From positions 36,332,001-36,396,000 of the forward strand of contig NC_043007.1 of the NCBI RefSeq assembly GCF_006345805.1: a stretch of 64,000 nucleotides of DNA, written 5' to 3'. The position numbers and the translations under genes were made by a program. Under the pieces are notes generated by a model. The model did no database searches and had not been told where the DNA came from. It worked only from the letters and a program-made list of their open reading frames with translations. Below are positions 26,643 through 38,667 of this stretch, piece by piece. The stretch comes from Octopus sinensis (lineage: Eukaryota). Each line of letters starts with the position of its first letter. Position 1 is the stretch's first letter.

Positions 26643-27074
26643 TCAAGGAACTTATGTCGACATCAAAATGCACAAAAAACTTTTAGCTGACCGCTCTCAA
26701 GGAGCCCCTATGTATGTATGTATGTATGTATGTATGTATGTATGTATGTATGTGCGTGTATGTGTGTGTGTGCGTATGTGTATATGTATGTATATATGTT
26801 TGTATAGATAGATAGATAGATAGATAACTTTCTTTAACGGCCATACAGAGCAGAACACAGAGGGGACAAATACAAATGTAGAGCTTTTCTTTTCGAAAAT
26901 GGAAAAAAAAGAGAAGAAAAAGAGAACAAATGTAAAATTCCGATCAAAAGGTATCGGGGGGGGGAGGCGATCAAAAGGAATCGCGTATAACAGAAAGAAT
27001 TTTTTTAAAAAGTAAGAAACAAGATTAGGTTCATCCGTGGAAAGAAAAGGCCTACGGAAAAGACCACTGTGTTT

Positions 27075-27300
27075 ATTGTACTTGCTGCAGTTCTCCAGCC
27101 ACTTCATGAAGGCTCCATAGAAGTCTTCCAAAATGAAGGTATCCAAGATCTTTATCACAGCCCCTTTCATCTTCAAAACGACTGCTCCTGAGGTTCTTCT
27201 TCAGCTTGGAGAACGACCAAAAGTCACGGGAAGCAAGGTCTGGATGTGTAGGGAGTGTAAAGGACAAATTTGATGCCCTACTTTTTATCGTACTTGAACC
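27075..27300 (-). mobile_element. Mariner C-terminal fragment
   Basis: PDLASRDFWSFSKLKKNLRSSRFED. Confidence 0.7.
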
Positions 27301-27617
27301 TCTTGTGCAAGCGGAAAACACGTGCTCAACTTAGTCGAGTTAATTCTTAAGTAGTCTGAAGCTTTTCGTAAGTTTTCGCCTAATAGTGCAAAATAGTAGG
27401 ATGTGTTGAAAGTAACGTTACAGCCGTCTCCTTCAATTTGGAATAACAAAAGTTAGCAGGTCAGCTTATCATATATATGCAACGATATACTGAAATTACA
27501 GTAATTTAGGACAGTTATAACTGCTGCTTCTAAAAAAGTCTCGAAACATTTGCAATGCACCTCATATATACGTGGAGGGGGGGCGTGCACTCACGTATGT
27601 GTAAGTCATCTGAGAGT

Positions 27618-27730
27618 CCATAAGTCAGGTAAAACGGCTACCTCTGATGAGCGCAGGGTTACATAATCGGATTGTTACTTAACATTCCATTGAACCCCTA
27701 GCGCGAAACCGATTGGTAAGATCGGCCGTA
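27618..27730 (+). ncRNA. Hammerhead-like motif with ambiguous topology (type III or degenerate type I)
   Basis: GTC-aggta-aaacggc-tacct-CTGATGA-gcgc...gcgc-GAAA-ccgat.......atcgg. Confidence 0.5.
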
Positions 27731-28439
27731 TTGGATATTATATAATACTGTACACTTCGGATAATATATAACGTGCATTTAAGAGCTCCTATGCCATTAT
27801 TTGATTCCCACATGTTATCCCACAGTATGGTATTTTCCAGTGCTGGATACACACGTGAAACTCCTCTATGTATATGCATGAAATTAATATAAGAATAATA
27901 TAACACAAGGCTGGAGGATGTAAGGCATTGTGATCTACTATTAAAGCCTGATATACTTTATCCTCATGTTATATTATTCTTGTGTGGGAGGTGAACACAT
28001 ATAAACACCTAGCTACCTACATGCATCCATCCATCCATCCATCCATACATACATCCATCCATCCATCCATCCATCCATCCATCCATACATACATACATAC
28101 ATACATACATACATACATTTAGCTGTCATTGGTGTTGAAGAATTTGTTGTCCATTACAGTAGTTATCAGTTCATGGATATCTGGAGCTGTAAGCCTGAAG
28201 TAGTGAAGCTTTTGAGAGGTGGAGGTGACAACGTATTCAGTTGATTAGTTGTAAATTGCCCGACTTTCCGATCAACAGTGAAAACATATGTCTACACACA
28301 AAGTGGTGTATAAAATTACGAGTAACAAATATATCGATTATCACAATCGGAAGTACCATCACTACTCGTACGGGTTAAGAAAACACATGTATGCTAATAC
28401 ATGTGTCAAAAAACTCTTACGGAAATGCTACACACAAGA

Positions 28440-28761
28440 CAGCCAGAACTACTCCCACATTTTGCGGTGCAGTTTAACCAAAAACCGGGTATCTTATAGT
28501 CGTGATTCATATCGAGCCCTTCTACGATGAGTCTACGGTTTTAAAAAAAATTTACCATCAATTTTCCCCATTTTTAATGGATTTTTGGCATATATAAGGG
28601 AAGTAACTCTCTAAAAATTTATTATTAAATCTCAGAACGTAAAAAGTTACAGTAACCTTTGTGGTTAGCCATATTGAGATGGCTATTATACTTTACATCT
28701 CTAAAAATGCTTATATAGTTATTCCCTTACAAACCCGAGCAACGCCGGGTGATACTGCTAG
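28440..28761 (+). mobile_element. Non-autonomous Helitron 3' part
   Basis: Hairpin cccgagcaacgccggg followed by CTAG|T. The body is shared with 32501-32792. Confidence 0.75.
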
Positions 28762-28785
28762 TATATATATACCATGCATACATAC

Positions 28786-28842
<57 letters not shown>

Positions 28843-28908
28843 TGCGTGTGTACCGTTGGCGATTTTTCTTCCTCCGTCTTCCCTTCTTTGGATCTTTCCT
28901 TTTCCTAT

Positions 28909-28943
28909 GTTTCTGACGAAGAGCTCCGCTCGAAACGTTAAAC
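28909..28943 (+). ncRNA. Minimal type I hammerhead motif (PLE-type)
   Basis: gttt-CTGACGA-a-gagc-tcc-gctc-GAAA-cg-TT-aaac. Stems I and II are perfect and stem III is the palindrome ACGT. Confidence 0.75.
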
Positions 28944-29054
28944 CCTCCTTCTTTCCTTCTTTCCTGAGCGTCCAATAATACTATACTTGTACCACGTCCT
29001 CGCGTTGTTGTGTTTTCTCTTTGTGTTTTCATGTTTGGATTAACTATATATAGT

Positions 29055-29386
29055 CCTTTTGATGGACGGAATTTTCTAGTTAACTAAAAAATTTGAAACT
29101 TCGTATACTGATAGAATGTGTCAAAAGAAAACATTATTGTAAACAAAATTGAAAACAAAATTGTAATTTGTAAGTTTAACGTAGTTTAATTCGAAGAATT
29201 TTAACCAATGAAATTCCAGCATCTTCGAATTTTAACCAATGAAATCTCAGCATTTGAGCTCAAATCATTTGCTGCGTTATCGATATTGATAAAGAAACAT
29301 AGCAGACGCATGCCGCATACACACACACACACACACACACATATTCAGACACATACACACGTACACTTGCACACACACACTCTCTG

Positions 29387-29428
<42 letters not shown>

Positions 29429-30241
29429 ACATGCATATACATTTGCACAAGCACATAGTAATTAATATATAAGCGTACACACACACATACAAACGGAGAT
29501 ATACATACACACACATACGCACACAAGCATACATACACGTTCGTGTGTTCGCACTGGTGTCGATAGAATCGACTTAATACTTTTGTCCCCTCTGTGTTTT
29601 GCCCCTTGCCGCAACAAATTTACACAAAAGGTAAATAAACCAGAAGGGGGGGGGTCAATGTTACATCGTTTCGGGGTCGATAAATTAAGTACCAATTACG
29701 CACTGGTGTCGAGGATTTTTTTCCCAATTTATATCACAGCCTCCGACAAGCTGGGGCATCCTTTTATGAAAAAATATTTCGCAAATTTTTACAATACGAC
29801 TCACACTCCACGCGCAAACTCTAGACCGCTTTAGGCATATCATTGTTTTGTTTTTGTTGTTTCTGGCCCTTCAAAACCATGGGAGAAGCCTTTTCGGTAA
29901 AAAAAAAATAATAAAAATATTAAAAAATATCGTTAATATTTTTATTGGGCGACGAAATTATTCGATTTAAGAGATATAGCTGTTATTTCTAGCACAAACA
30001 GAAGACAGAAGACAGAAAACAGAAGAGACGTGTGTGTATGAGTTTTTAGACGCAGCAAATGATTTGAGCTCAAATGCTAGGATTTCATTGGTTAAAATTC
30101 TTCGAATTAAACTACGTTAAACTTACAAATTACAATTTTATTTTCAATTTTGTTTACAATAATGTTTTCTTTTGACACATTCTACCAGTATACGAAGTTT
30201 CAAATTGTTTAGTTAACTAGAAAATTCCGTCCATCAAAAGG
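29055..30241. mobile_element. Non-autonomous DNA transposon with about 200-bp TIRs
   Basis: 29055-29278 is the reverse complement of 30051-30241 (ccttttgatggacggaat...). The internal motif is shared with 63468-63858. Confidence 0.75.
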
Positions 30242-30291
30242 AAAGATCCATATAGATATATATATATTACATATATAATATTATATACTAC

Positions 30292-30337
<46 letters not shown>

Positions 30338-30344
30338 TTATATA

Positions 30345-30377
<33 letters not shown>

Positions 30378-30380
<3 letters not shown>

Positions 30381-32472
30381 TGATTGATTGATTGATTGAT
30401 TCTAGTTTCAGCTTATGAGCTGTGGCCATGCTGGGGCACCGCCATTTGGTGTTGCTACTTGGTTTCACTTCATGGAGGCTTTCTAGCAACTGCTATTTGG
30501 TGCATGAGAGAGTTCGATGCAGCTGCCCTCATCTGCCCCTCCTGCCGTGAAGTGGTTCATCTGGGACACCTGACAGGAGAGATCCAGCTCCATTTTAAGA
30601 CATCTGTATCCACCCCATGCAGGTCTCTCAGGTTCTTCGGAAGGATTTGAAGAGCTGTGGGCCTCGGAAGCCCAGGCTATCACAGAATCTTGTCCTACAT
30701 CTTGATGGCAAGTTTGGAGTCCTAGGCACCACGCAGTGGGCCCCAGTTCTGGCATTTGCGTACTCTCGATGCCAAAGTTCAGGACACTTCCCTCCAGGAT
30801 CTTCCAGATGTATATTATTGCATATCTTTCCCGCCTACGCTCCAGGGAATATAATTTTAATCTCTTGAGTCTTTCCCAGTAGCTTACATTCTGCATAGAG
30901 GCTATCTTCTTCGTTCGTGTAGCTTCGTTGGATCGCCTCAAGTTCTGTGATCAACTTGACACTAGATGGCGACCATAGCTGAGAGCATAGTCAAAGTGGC
31001 TTAGGACAGTGTCTTCAGAGGACCATCATGGTTCTTGTTCTCTTGTTCTAAAGGTTCTAAGAATCCATCCAGCCAGCCGTCTGCATTTCATTGTCAGTTT
31101 AGCAACATGTACATGAAAGGTCGCGTCATCACTCATGTGAATACCCAGGTCACGCACTGATTGTGCCTCTGGGATTGCAATCCCTCCGGGTCCAGTGTAT
31201 TCCTTGGGTATTGCATTCAGTTTTGCATGCTGATAGTATAAAGCTTGAAACTTTTCAGCATTGAACTGCATGCTATTCTTTTCAGCCCCTTGTATATTTC
31301 GTCCAGCTCATATTGCAGGTGTGCCTAGTGTCTTCAGGGTTCTGTATTGCCTGTGAAACTTTTTATCATCTGCATAACTTGTGATCGTGGCTCTCCGCGT
31401 GGCTGAGGGCATGTCTGAGAGGGCCATTAATGAACAGTAGTGGTCCCAAAACAGTGCCCTGTGGAACACCGCTCACTATTTGCGTACTAATGGAAGTGGC
31501 CCCATTGGCTACTACCACCTAACTTCTATTCTTCAGAAAGTCGTGAAGCCATTCTCCTAGTTTTCCAACTATGCCAAGATCACGCAGTTTTGTGACATAT
31601 CATTCCATGATCGACTTTAGCGAAGGCCTTTGCGAAGTCGAGATATATGACTTCCACATTTGAGTGGTTGAGCAGTTATTCAGCACCCAGTCATAGTGCT
31701 GCAGGAGCTGAGTTAAGCAGCTTCTTCCTGGTCGGAAACCATGTTGGGGTGTCAGGCAGCAAGTCATTTTCTTTTCTTCAAGGAAGGTGATTAGTTTCCT
31801 TCTGACTATTCGTTCCATGACCTTGCTGATGTGTGAGGTCAGAGAGATAGGTCTGTAGTTCTTGGCCTCCGCTCTGCTACCTCCTTTATGAATAGGGCAT
31901 ATTTTACCTTCCTTCAGTTTTCTTGGAAGTTTGCCAGCTGCCAAGAAGCTCTGAAAGAGGAACTGCAGTGGTCTTGCTAAGACTCTCTTACATACTTTTA
32001 GGAGGATTGCCGGGAATCCATCGGGGCCAATAGCTGAGTCTGTTTTCATTTCATCTATAGCCTTTATTACATCGTCTTCCTTTATATCGATGTAATTTAT
32101 CGTCGCCGCCTCTGATTCTATATCTGCAGTGGTAAAGAAGTCAGTTGGATTGCTGATTTGGAAATGCCCCAGGGGTGGAGTGAAAACACTCTTGAATTGT
32201 TCATTCAGTATTTCACTTACCCTCATTGGTTTTCCTGTGAGTGTGCCATCCTTTTCAAGGAGTGGCCCTATCCTACAGTGCACCGTAGCTGTTTCTTGGC
32301 ATACCTGTAGAAAGCTCTGGGGTTAGTTATTATGTTGTCTATAGCCCAGGCTTCTTTGTCTGCTCTTTTCCTTTCTCATGGGAGAGTTGCAGACAATTTT
32401 CAATTCCACAGTTTTATTTTCAGGCGGGACTTTTCACTGCTTTCAATTTGTTTGTTTAGGCGATTTGAAATT
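30378..32472 (-). mobile_element. 5'-truncated CR1/Jockey-group LINE with frameshifted RT ORF and (ATCA)n tail
   Basis: GPDGFP..LLK, NYRPISLTSHISKVMERIV, QHGFRPGRSCLTQLL, GVPQGTVLGPLLF, SLERRRERYAIIYIWKIL, and a microsatellite 3' tail. Confidence 0.95.
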
Positions 32473-32500
32473 TTTGTATATATATATATTTATATATATA

Positions 32501-32792
32501 CTAGCAGTATCGCCTGACGTTGCTCGGGTTTGTAAGTGAAATGTCATCGTAGACATTTTAGAGAGTTACTTCCCTTATATTAAAAAATATGCATTAAAAT
32601 GGAAAAAAATGATGGTAAATTATTTTTAAAATCGTAGACTCATCGTAGACGCGCGCTAATACCCAGAAGGGCTTGATATGAATCACGACTATAAGATACC
32701 CGGTTTTGGTTAAACTGCACCACAAAATGTGGGAGTAGTTAGGAATCTAAATCGGAGTAGAAGACACACAACCTTTCTTTTATATATAAAGA
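32501..32792 (-). mobile_element. Non-autonomous Helitron
   Basis: The minus strand starts a|TCtttatatataaaag and ends with an imperfect hairpin plus CTAG|T. Confidence 0.78.
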
Positions 32793-33305
32793 TATCATTA
32801 TACTATATATTAATATATAATATATATATATATATTATATATATATATATAAGCTATCTTAATTAACAAATACAACACACATTAATTTTATTAAACATGT
32901 ATAGTTTTGTTAAGCTATACGTAAACAAACTAGTGGAGACGAGATTATATTTATCAAAGGTTTATTACTTTGCGTACATCACGGCTTAAGTCGTCAATTA
33001 TTTCTGTTTAGTTCAGATTTGCTTCACACTTACTGTTGACATCCTTTTGTTTTCCTTCTCCCACCGGAAGTCCCTTTCCTTTTACTGCTGACCAACTTCC
33101 CAGCTAGCTCGCAGCGAAGTTTCTGTCTATAGCTCGTCTGTCAGGAATCCTGCCCTATCCATGGAATGTTGTCCGTCCCCTTCTCAGTTCTCACTGACCG
33201 CTATAACAAGAGTCCCCAACAACTGGACCACATAGCAGTATTATATTTGGTGTTGCTTTGCTTCAGCGTTATTTATTTTTTACATTAATTTTAATCTTAT
33301 TTCGG

Positions 33306-33345
33306 CCAGAGTTCTTTCGTCACACTCCTGTGACCTCATCAGTGG
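33306..33345 (-). ncRNA. Minimal type I hammerhead in the inverted pLTR
   Basis: cca-CTGATGA-g-gtcac-aggagt-gtgac-GAAA-gaac-TC-tgg. Confidence 0.7.
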
Positions 33346-33778
33346 TCCTTTGCTTTCTTCTTTGTGTCTCTCCTTACTAACGGTCAGCCATTTTGTATTT
33401 TGTATTTCTATTGTATGTGTCTTCATTTGCGCATGCGTATATCTCTATGTGTGTCTATGTTTAGTTAGTGTGCGTGTGTGTATGTGGGGGGGCTGTAATA
33501 TTTGTATCTCCTGTTTATATACGTTCGTGTATTTTGTTTTTGCTAAAATCTTGTCCACACATAGAACGGACGCAACAATCAGACAAATTACGGAAGCTAC
33601 ACACATAATAGAAGATAAACCTAGCCTGAATCGGAAAGTGGAATGGAACACTAGAACACACCACAGCATATGACAGAAGAAGATCCACATAAACGGGTAA
33701 CAATATAAACAAAACTGAAAACATAATAAAATAAAATACACAGATAAATAAACAAATGGAAGTAAATATCTATATACA

Positions 33779-33782
<4 letters not shown>

Positions 33783-33813
<31 letters not shown>

Positions 33814-33857
33814 CATACATACATAATAATGATGATAATAATAATAATGATAATAAT

Positions 33858-33919
<62 letters not shown>
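33783..33919. repeat. (ATT)n/(AAT)n microsatellite block
   Basis: Seen directly in the sequence. (TA)n, (CA)n and (TACA)n tracts also occur throughout the window. Confidence 0.9.
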
Positions 33920-34157
33920 GTAGGTGTAAACACATGAACAAAATAAAAATAAACAAAAACAAATTACACGAACGTATATAAACAGGAGATACAAATATTA
34001 CAGGCACTTCCCCCAACACACACACACACGCACACTAACTAAACATAGACACACATAGAGATATACGCATGCGCAAATGAAGACACATACAATAGAAATA
34101 CAAAATACAAAATGGCTGACCGTTAGTAAGGAGAGACTCAAAGAAGAAAGCAAAGGA

Positions 34158-34197
34158 CCACTGATGAAGTCACAGGAGTGTGACGAAAGAACTCTGG
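34158..34197 (+). ncRNA. Minimal type I hammerhead in the 3' pLTR
   Basis: cca-CTGATGA-a-gtcac-aggagt-gtgac-GAAA-gaac-TC-tgg. Confidence 0.7.
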
Positions 34198-34333
34198 CCG
34201 AAATAAGATTAAGATTAATGTAAAAAATAAATAACGCTGAAGCAAAGTAAAACCAAATATATAGAGCGTGTGTTTTTATTGGCTAAACTGGCAAAATGAC
34301 CATTCCTAAATACAACAATATATATATATACAT

Positions 34334-34387
<54 letters not shown>

Positions 34388-34553
34388 TTATATTACATAC
34401 GTATAATAAGGGATGACCACTAAGTGGACATCCAATATGCTAGAAGATCACCTACCAGCTAACCACAAAGAAAAGAATGTTTTCTAGATAAATTCAGCAA
34501 ACACCAGAACATAAGCGGATAAGACAGATGCAAATATACAAAAATAAAGAATT

Positions 34554-34624
34554 AATCGTAGACCGATTTCGTCATTAACGATTTTTCTTACGTAATCACC
34601 GTCCGTGGACTCTTCAGTAGGATC
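34554..34624 (-). ncRNA. Type I hammerhead motif
   Basis: gatccta-CTGAAGA-gtc...gac-GAAA-tcgg-TC-tacgatt. Stem I pairs at 6 of 7 positions. Confidence 0.6.
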
Positions 34625-35883
34625 GTTCTAATTCAATATAATTTGTAGAACTATATACAGATTGTCCTCATGAAATTTAATGTGCGTGTGTGTGTGCCGT
34701 GCGTGTGTGTGCGTGTGTGTGTGTGCATTGTCGCATCTGGCGAAAGGGTCATAGCTCATACCCTTTGTAGGCCTTCTGAAATTGGAGAGCTTGATGCTGT
34801 TAATGTTCCGCTTAAACTATTGCAGGTCAACATTGGTCGGAGAGACATGGGCAGGGAGAAGAGACATGAAGGAGAGGCAACGTTATAGAAAGAGGGGACT
34901 AGACATACTGGTTAGTACGTGGCTGGGGAAGCTGGATGCACCAAGAGAGACGAAGGATGAATAGTTGACGCCGAATGGTTGAGGGACAAGACCAATCAAA
35001 TACGAAGAACAGAATCCATAATAATAGCGATATAAAAGACAAAGAAAGGAGGCACACGCCTGTGAGTCAGTGGCTAGATCGTGTTTGTTTGTAACTAAAT
35101 TGCAGTCAGTCGGAATGTTCTTCTCTGAATATGCTTTATTTTACGTTGCTCTGGTCCACTCGGCTGACAAAAATTGTACCTGTAATTCAAAGAGCCAGCC
35201 TTGTCACATTCTGTGTCGTGATGAATCTTCTTGAGAACTACGTGAAAGGTACGCGTTTCTGTGGAGTGCTCAGCCACTTACACATTAATTTCACGAGCAA
35301 GCCGTTCTACTGCTCGTTTCAAATGGAATCCTCGTTGTCGTAACTGACGGAACGCCAGTAACTAACTACATATACATGAATATACATGTGTGTACACACA
35401 CACGTGTGTGTGTTAATGCAATAGAAACAATTGCTGGAGAAGCGGCGAGCTGGCAGAAACGTTAGCACGCCGGGCGAAATACTTAGCGGTATTTCGTCTG
35501 CCGCTACGTTCTGAGTTCAAATTCCGCCGAGGTCGACTTTGCCTTTTATCCTCTCGGGGTCGATAAATTAAGTACCGGTTACGCACTGGGGTCGATATAA
35601 TCGACTTAATCCGTTTGTCTGTCCTTGTTTGTCCTCTCTGTGTTTAGCCCCTTGTATTTCGTCTCCCGCTACGTTCTGAGTTAAAATTACCTATCATGCA
35701 TAAGGAGGATTTACCTGAGGATATGTATGCTTCTTACATTTACTGGTAACTGATTGTTGAACATTTAAAACATTCAATACTGAATGCTTTATTGATATCT
35801 GCTGGGATTTTTTATCACATTTTCTTCTTTTATATACGTTGCTATTTTTTGTCTTTTTCTCCGTTATTTTAATTATATATAAA

Positions 35884-36148
35884 TATATATATAATATTAA
35901 TTAGAGACAAAACCACTATTATGCAAATCAAACAAAGAAAGACTTAATCCAATACATAAAAAATTCATTTTAAAATTGCATAGAAGATCTTGAAACCACC
36001 TGATGATGTCCCATAGAAGTGACAAGAAACGATCGTAGTGGATATCTTAATTATATTTAATTTATATAAATTTTTTATGTATTGGATTAAGTCTTTCTTT
36101 TTTGATTTGCATAATAGTGGTTTTGTCTCTAATTAATATTATATATAT
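35884..36148 (+). mobile_element. PLE-type remnant: about 80-bp inverted repeats enclosing a hammerhead
   Basis: 35884-35964 is the reverse complement of 36069-36148, with the HHR at 35996-36041. Confidence 0.65.
35996..36041 (+). ncRNA. Type I hammerhead motif
   Basis: ccac-CTGATGA-tgtc..gaca-a-GAAA-cgatcg-TA-gtgg. Stem I is perfect and stem III is palindromic. Confidence 0.65.
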
Positions 36149-36224
36149 TTTACTATAAAATTGGATTCAATCCTAAATCTGATTTTTTTCGCTGTAATTT
36201 GGATTTATTCCCTAATATATATAG

Positions 36225-36273
<49 letters not shown>

Positions 36274-36436
36274 TATATATATATATATATATTATATATA
36301 TATATATATATGTATGTATGTAGTTATGTATGTTGTATGTATGTATGTATGTATGTATTTATTATGTATAATTTTTTTTCGTAATGACATAAAAAAAACA
36401 AGGCTAAGTAGATTTTAGAACATTTATAGATAGAAG

Positions 36437-36488
36437 GTCTTACAGCTGTTTCCAGGATATTTATTAATTATATCCCTTCATCGGAGAC
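36437..36488 (-). ncRNA. Hammerhead with a U4C core substitution (probably inactive)
   Basis: gtct-CCGATGA-..ggatat...atatcc..-GAAA-cagctg-TA-agac. Confidence 0.55.
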
Positions 36489-36759
36489 GGTGTGAGAGAA
36501 TAGTTAAGTAGTAGTTAATTTAGATATGATACAAAATAGAGAGTGAGATGGAGGAAAGAGAATAGATGTGAGATATGTAGGGATACTGAATTTGTAGATC
36601 CATTTTTTAGGCAAAATGGTATACATGTAAGATTCCAATACTTTATGAGTAAAATCCAACAGTATTTAAAATTGGTCATTCCAAATATCGAGTTTATACA
36701 CAGTGTTTTTGAATCAAAGGTTTTTCCTTAAAGTGAATATACATACATACATACATACA

Positions 36760-36827
<68 letters not shown>

Positions 36828-36972
36828 AAAGCAATTAAGATTCAAGTAACTTCCAATGAATTTACTTGAATGTGGTACTTAACTTAGATGCACCAGAAAA
36901 ACTATATGGTGTTATCCATACAGTAATATGGGGTGATTATAAACGAGAAAGAAGCAACAAGAATGGATTGGT

Positions 36973-37063
36973 TTTTAGTACAATTGTTTCATACAAAGAC
37001 AGGCTTTATTACAAGTTGCAAAAATTGCAGCAGATAAAAGTGTCCCGTACTCATCAGCTAAAA
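36973..37063 (-). ncRNA. Type I hammerhead with extended stem II (copy 1)
   Basis: ttttag-CTGATGA-gtac...gtat-GAAA-caattg-TA-ctaaaa. Confidence 0.75.
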
Positions 37064-37264
37064 TACATTTGAGTTCACACTATGGATTGATTCATCTTCT
37101 CTTCGAAACTTATAAGTTTTTTAAAAATCTGTGATAAGACTGTGCATCATCATTAAGGAACTTTGGAAAACTGTTTACAACCTATATCTACCTCTAATGG
37201 AACTATCTCCAATATCTCATGAGTATAACCTTACCCACTAAGATGTCTAGAGAACTCAAATGTA

Positions 37265-37355
37265 TTTTAGCTGATGAGTACGGGACACTTTTATCTGCTG
37301 CAATTTTTGCAACTTGTAATAAAGCCTGTCTTTGTATGAAACAATTGTACTAAAA
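37265..37355 (+). ncRNA. Type I hammerhead with extended stem II (copy 2)
   Basis: Same sequence as copy 1, with a 6-bp stem I and the palindromic stem III caattg. Confidence 0.75.
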
Positions 37356-37384
37356 ACCAATCCATTCTTGTTGCTTCTTTCTCG

Positions 37385-37426
<42 letters not shown>

Positions 37427-37758
37427 GCCAAATGTATAATTACCACATGTATCAATGACGAAGAGAGGGCTCATAGTAGCTAACTCTGAAATCGGTCCGA
37501 TATGGTAATGATGGAATTTTTTAGAAATTTCTGTCGGCCTTTATTCGAGTACCGTGCGTATTGTGAAAAAATTATATGGTTAATGGACAATATGTCCAAT
37601 TTTTCGGCATACTTGGCATTAGAAAATTTTTTTCCCTTGCCCTCATTTATGAATTATATAAATTTAACCGTTAAAGGTATTTTTTAATATGCTGGCCATT
37701 GATAAAATAGTTTTCGAGAAAATATTTTTTTTCGAAAAGAATTTTATCCTCACATTGG

Positions 37759-37813
<55 letters not shown>

Positions 37814-38045
37814 ATATATATATGGACAAGAACGCAAAACCATCCGGGCAACTAGGTGATACAAAAAGGACAACAAAACACCAGATAGACGATATAAAAA
37901 AAACGGACGGGTTATTCGAAGCCGTTTATATCCTCAGTCAAGAACCGGATCATCCTCGCGATTTCGGGTGATTAATCTTGAGATTGCTCCAATCTGGAGT
38001 TGTCCGGATGTTTTGCTTCTTGTCCCATTTTATATTATATTATAT

Positions 38046-38095
<50 letters not shown>

Positions 38096-38621
38096 TGTAT
38101 GTATGTACGTACGTATGTATGTAGGTATATATATTATATGATGAACTCGTCGTATGCGGCGCATGAGAGCCAAAGAACTTTATTTTTTCTTCTTTTTCCT
38201 CCTTTTCAGGGTGATCTTGATAAATGCGGAGTAAGCAGATCCCTTGAACAATACACAAAGACGTTGTGAAAATGATAATGCTTTTCGTGGAACCATTCAC
38301 ATTTCTTGGTACTGTTGATACAAGAGTTCCACAAGACTGATAAACAGGCAATTGGATGCTCGTTGCTTCTCATGAGTTCCTCCATCCTTTGACAGGTCAC
38401 GTTCTTCATTCCGCAGAGTGTCCAATAATCGCTCTCCTCACCAAGTATGCTTCGCGGTGGTTGCCGGTTTAATCGCAAACGACCCTACCATGTGACACGT
38501 TGTACGAGGCTACGTGTTACCAGTAGCACTCGAGAATGACTTCACACACACACACACACACTTACACACACACACACACTTACACACACACACACACACT
38601 TACACACACACACACACACAC

Positions 38622-38667
<46 letters not shown>

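Larger units (their letters stand above)
33242..34261 (+). mobile_element. 5'-truncated Penelope-like element: inverted pseudo-LTR, GIY-YIG C-terminus, 3' pseudo-LTR
   Basis: About 300-bp inverted arms (33242-33542 / 33954-34261), each carrying a hammerhead. The spacer encodes KILSTHRTDATIRQITEATHIIEDKPSLNRKVEW (R.I.EA..I....P.LN, the PLE endonuclease tail). Confidence 0.85.
36944..37384. mobile_element. PLE-type remnant with two apparently identical 133-bp head-to-head inverted arms
   Basis: 36944-37076 is the reverse complement of 37252-37384, with a 175-bp spacer. Each arm contains a complete hammerhead. Confidence 0.8.

Noticed and set aside
37824-38025. CTGAGGA...GAATA on the minus strand of a small element with about 30-bp inverted ends, as a hammerhead
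   Set aside because: The core is altered and stems II and III cannot be drawn. It is treated as an unclassified repeat.
38130-38500. Degenerate HHR-like ATGATGA..ccAAAgaac and an adjacent minus-strand ORF
   Set aside because: Both core halves are mutated. The ORF only vaguely resembles a Tx1-type LINE tail and cannot be supported.
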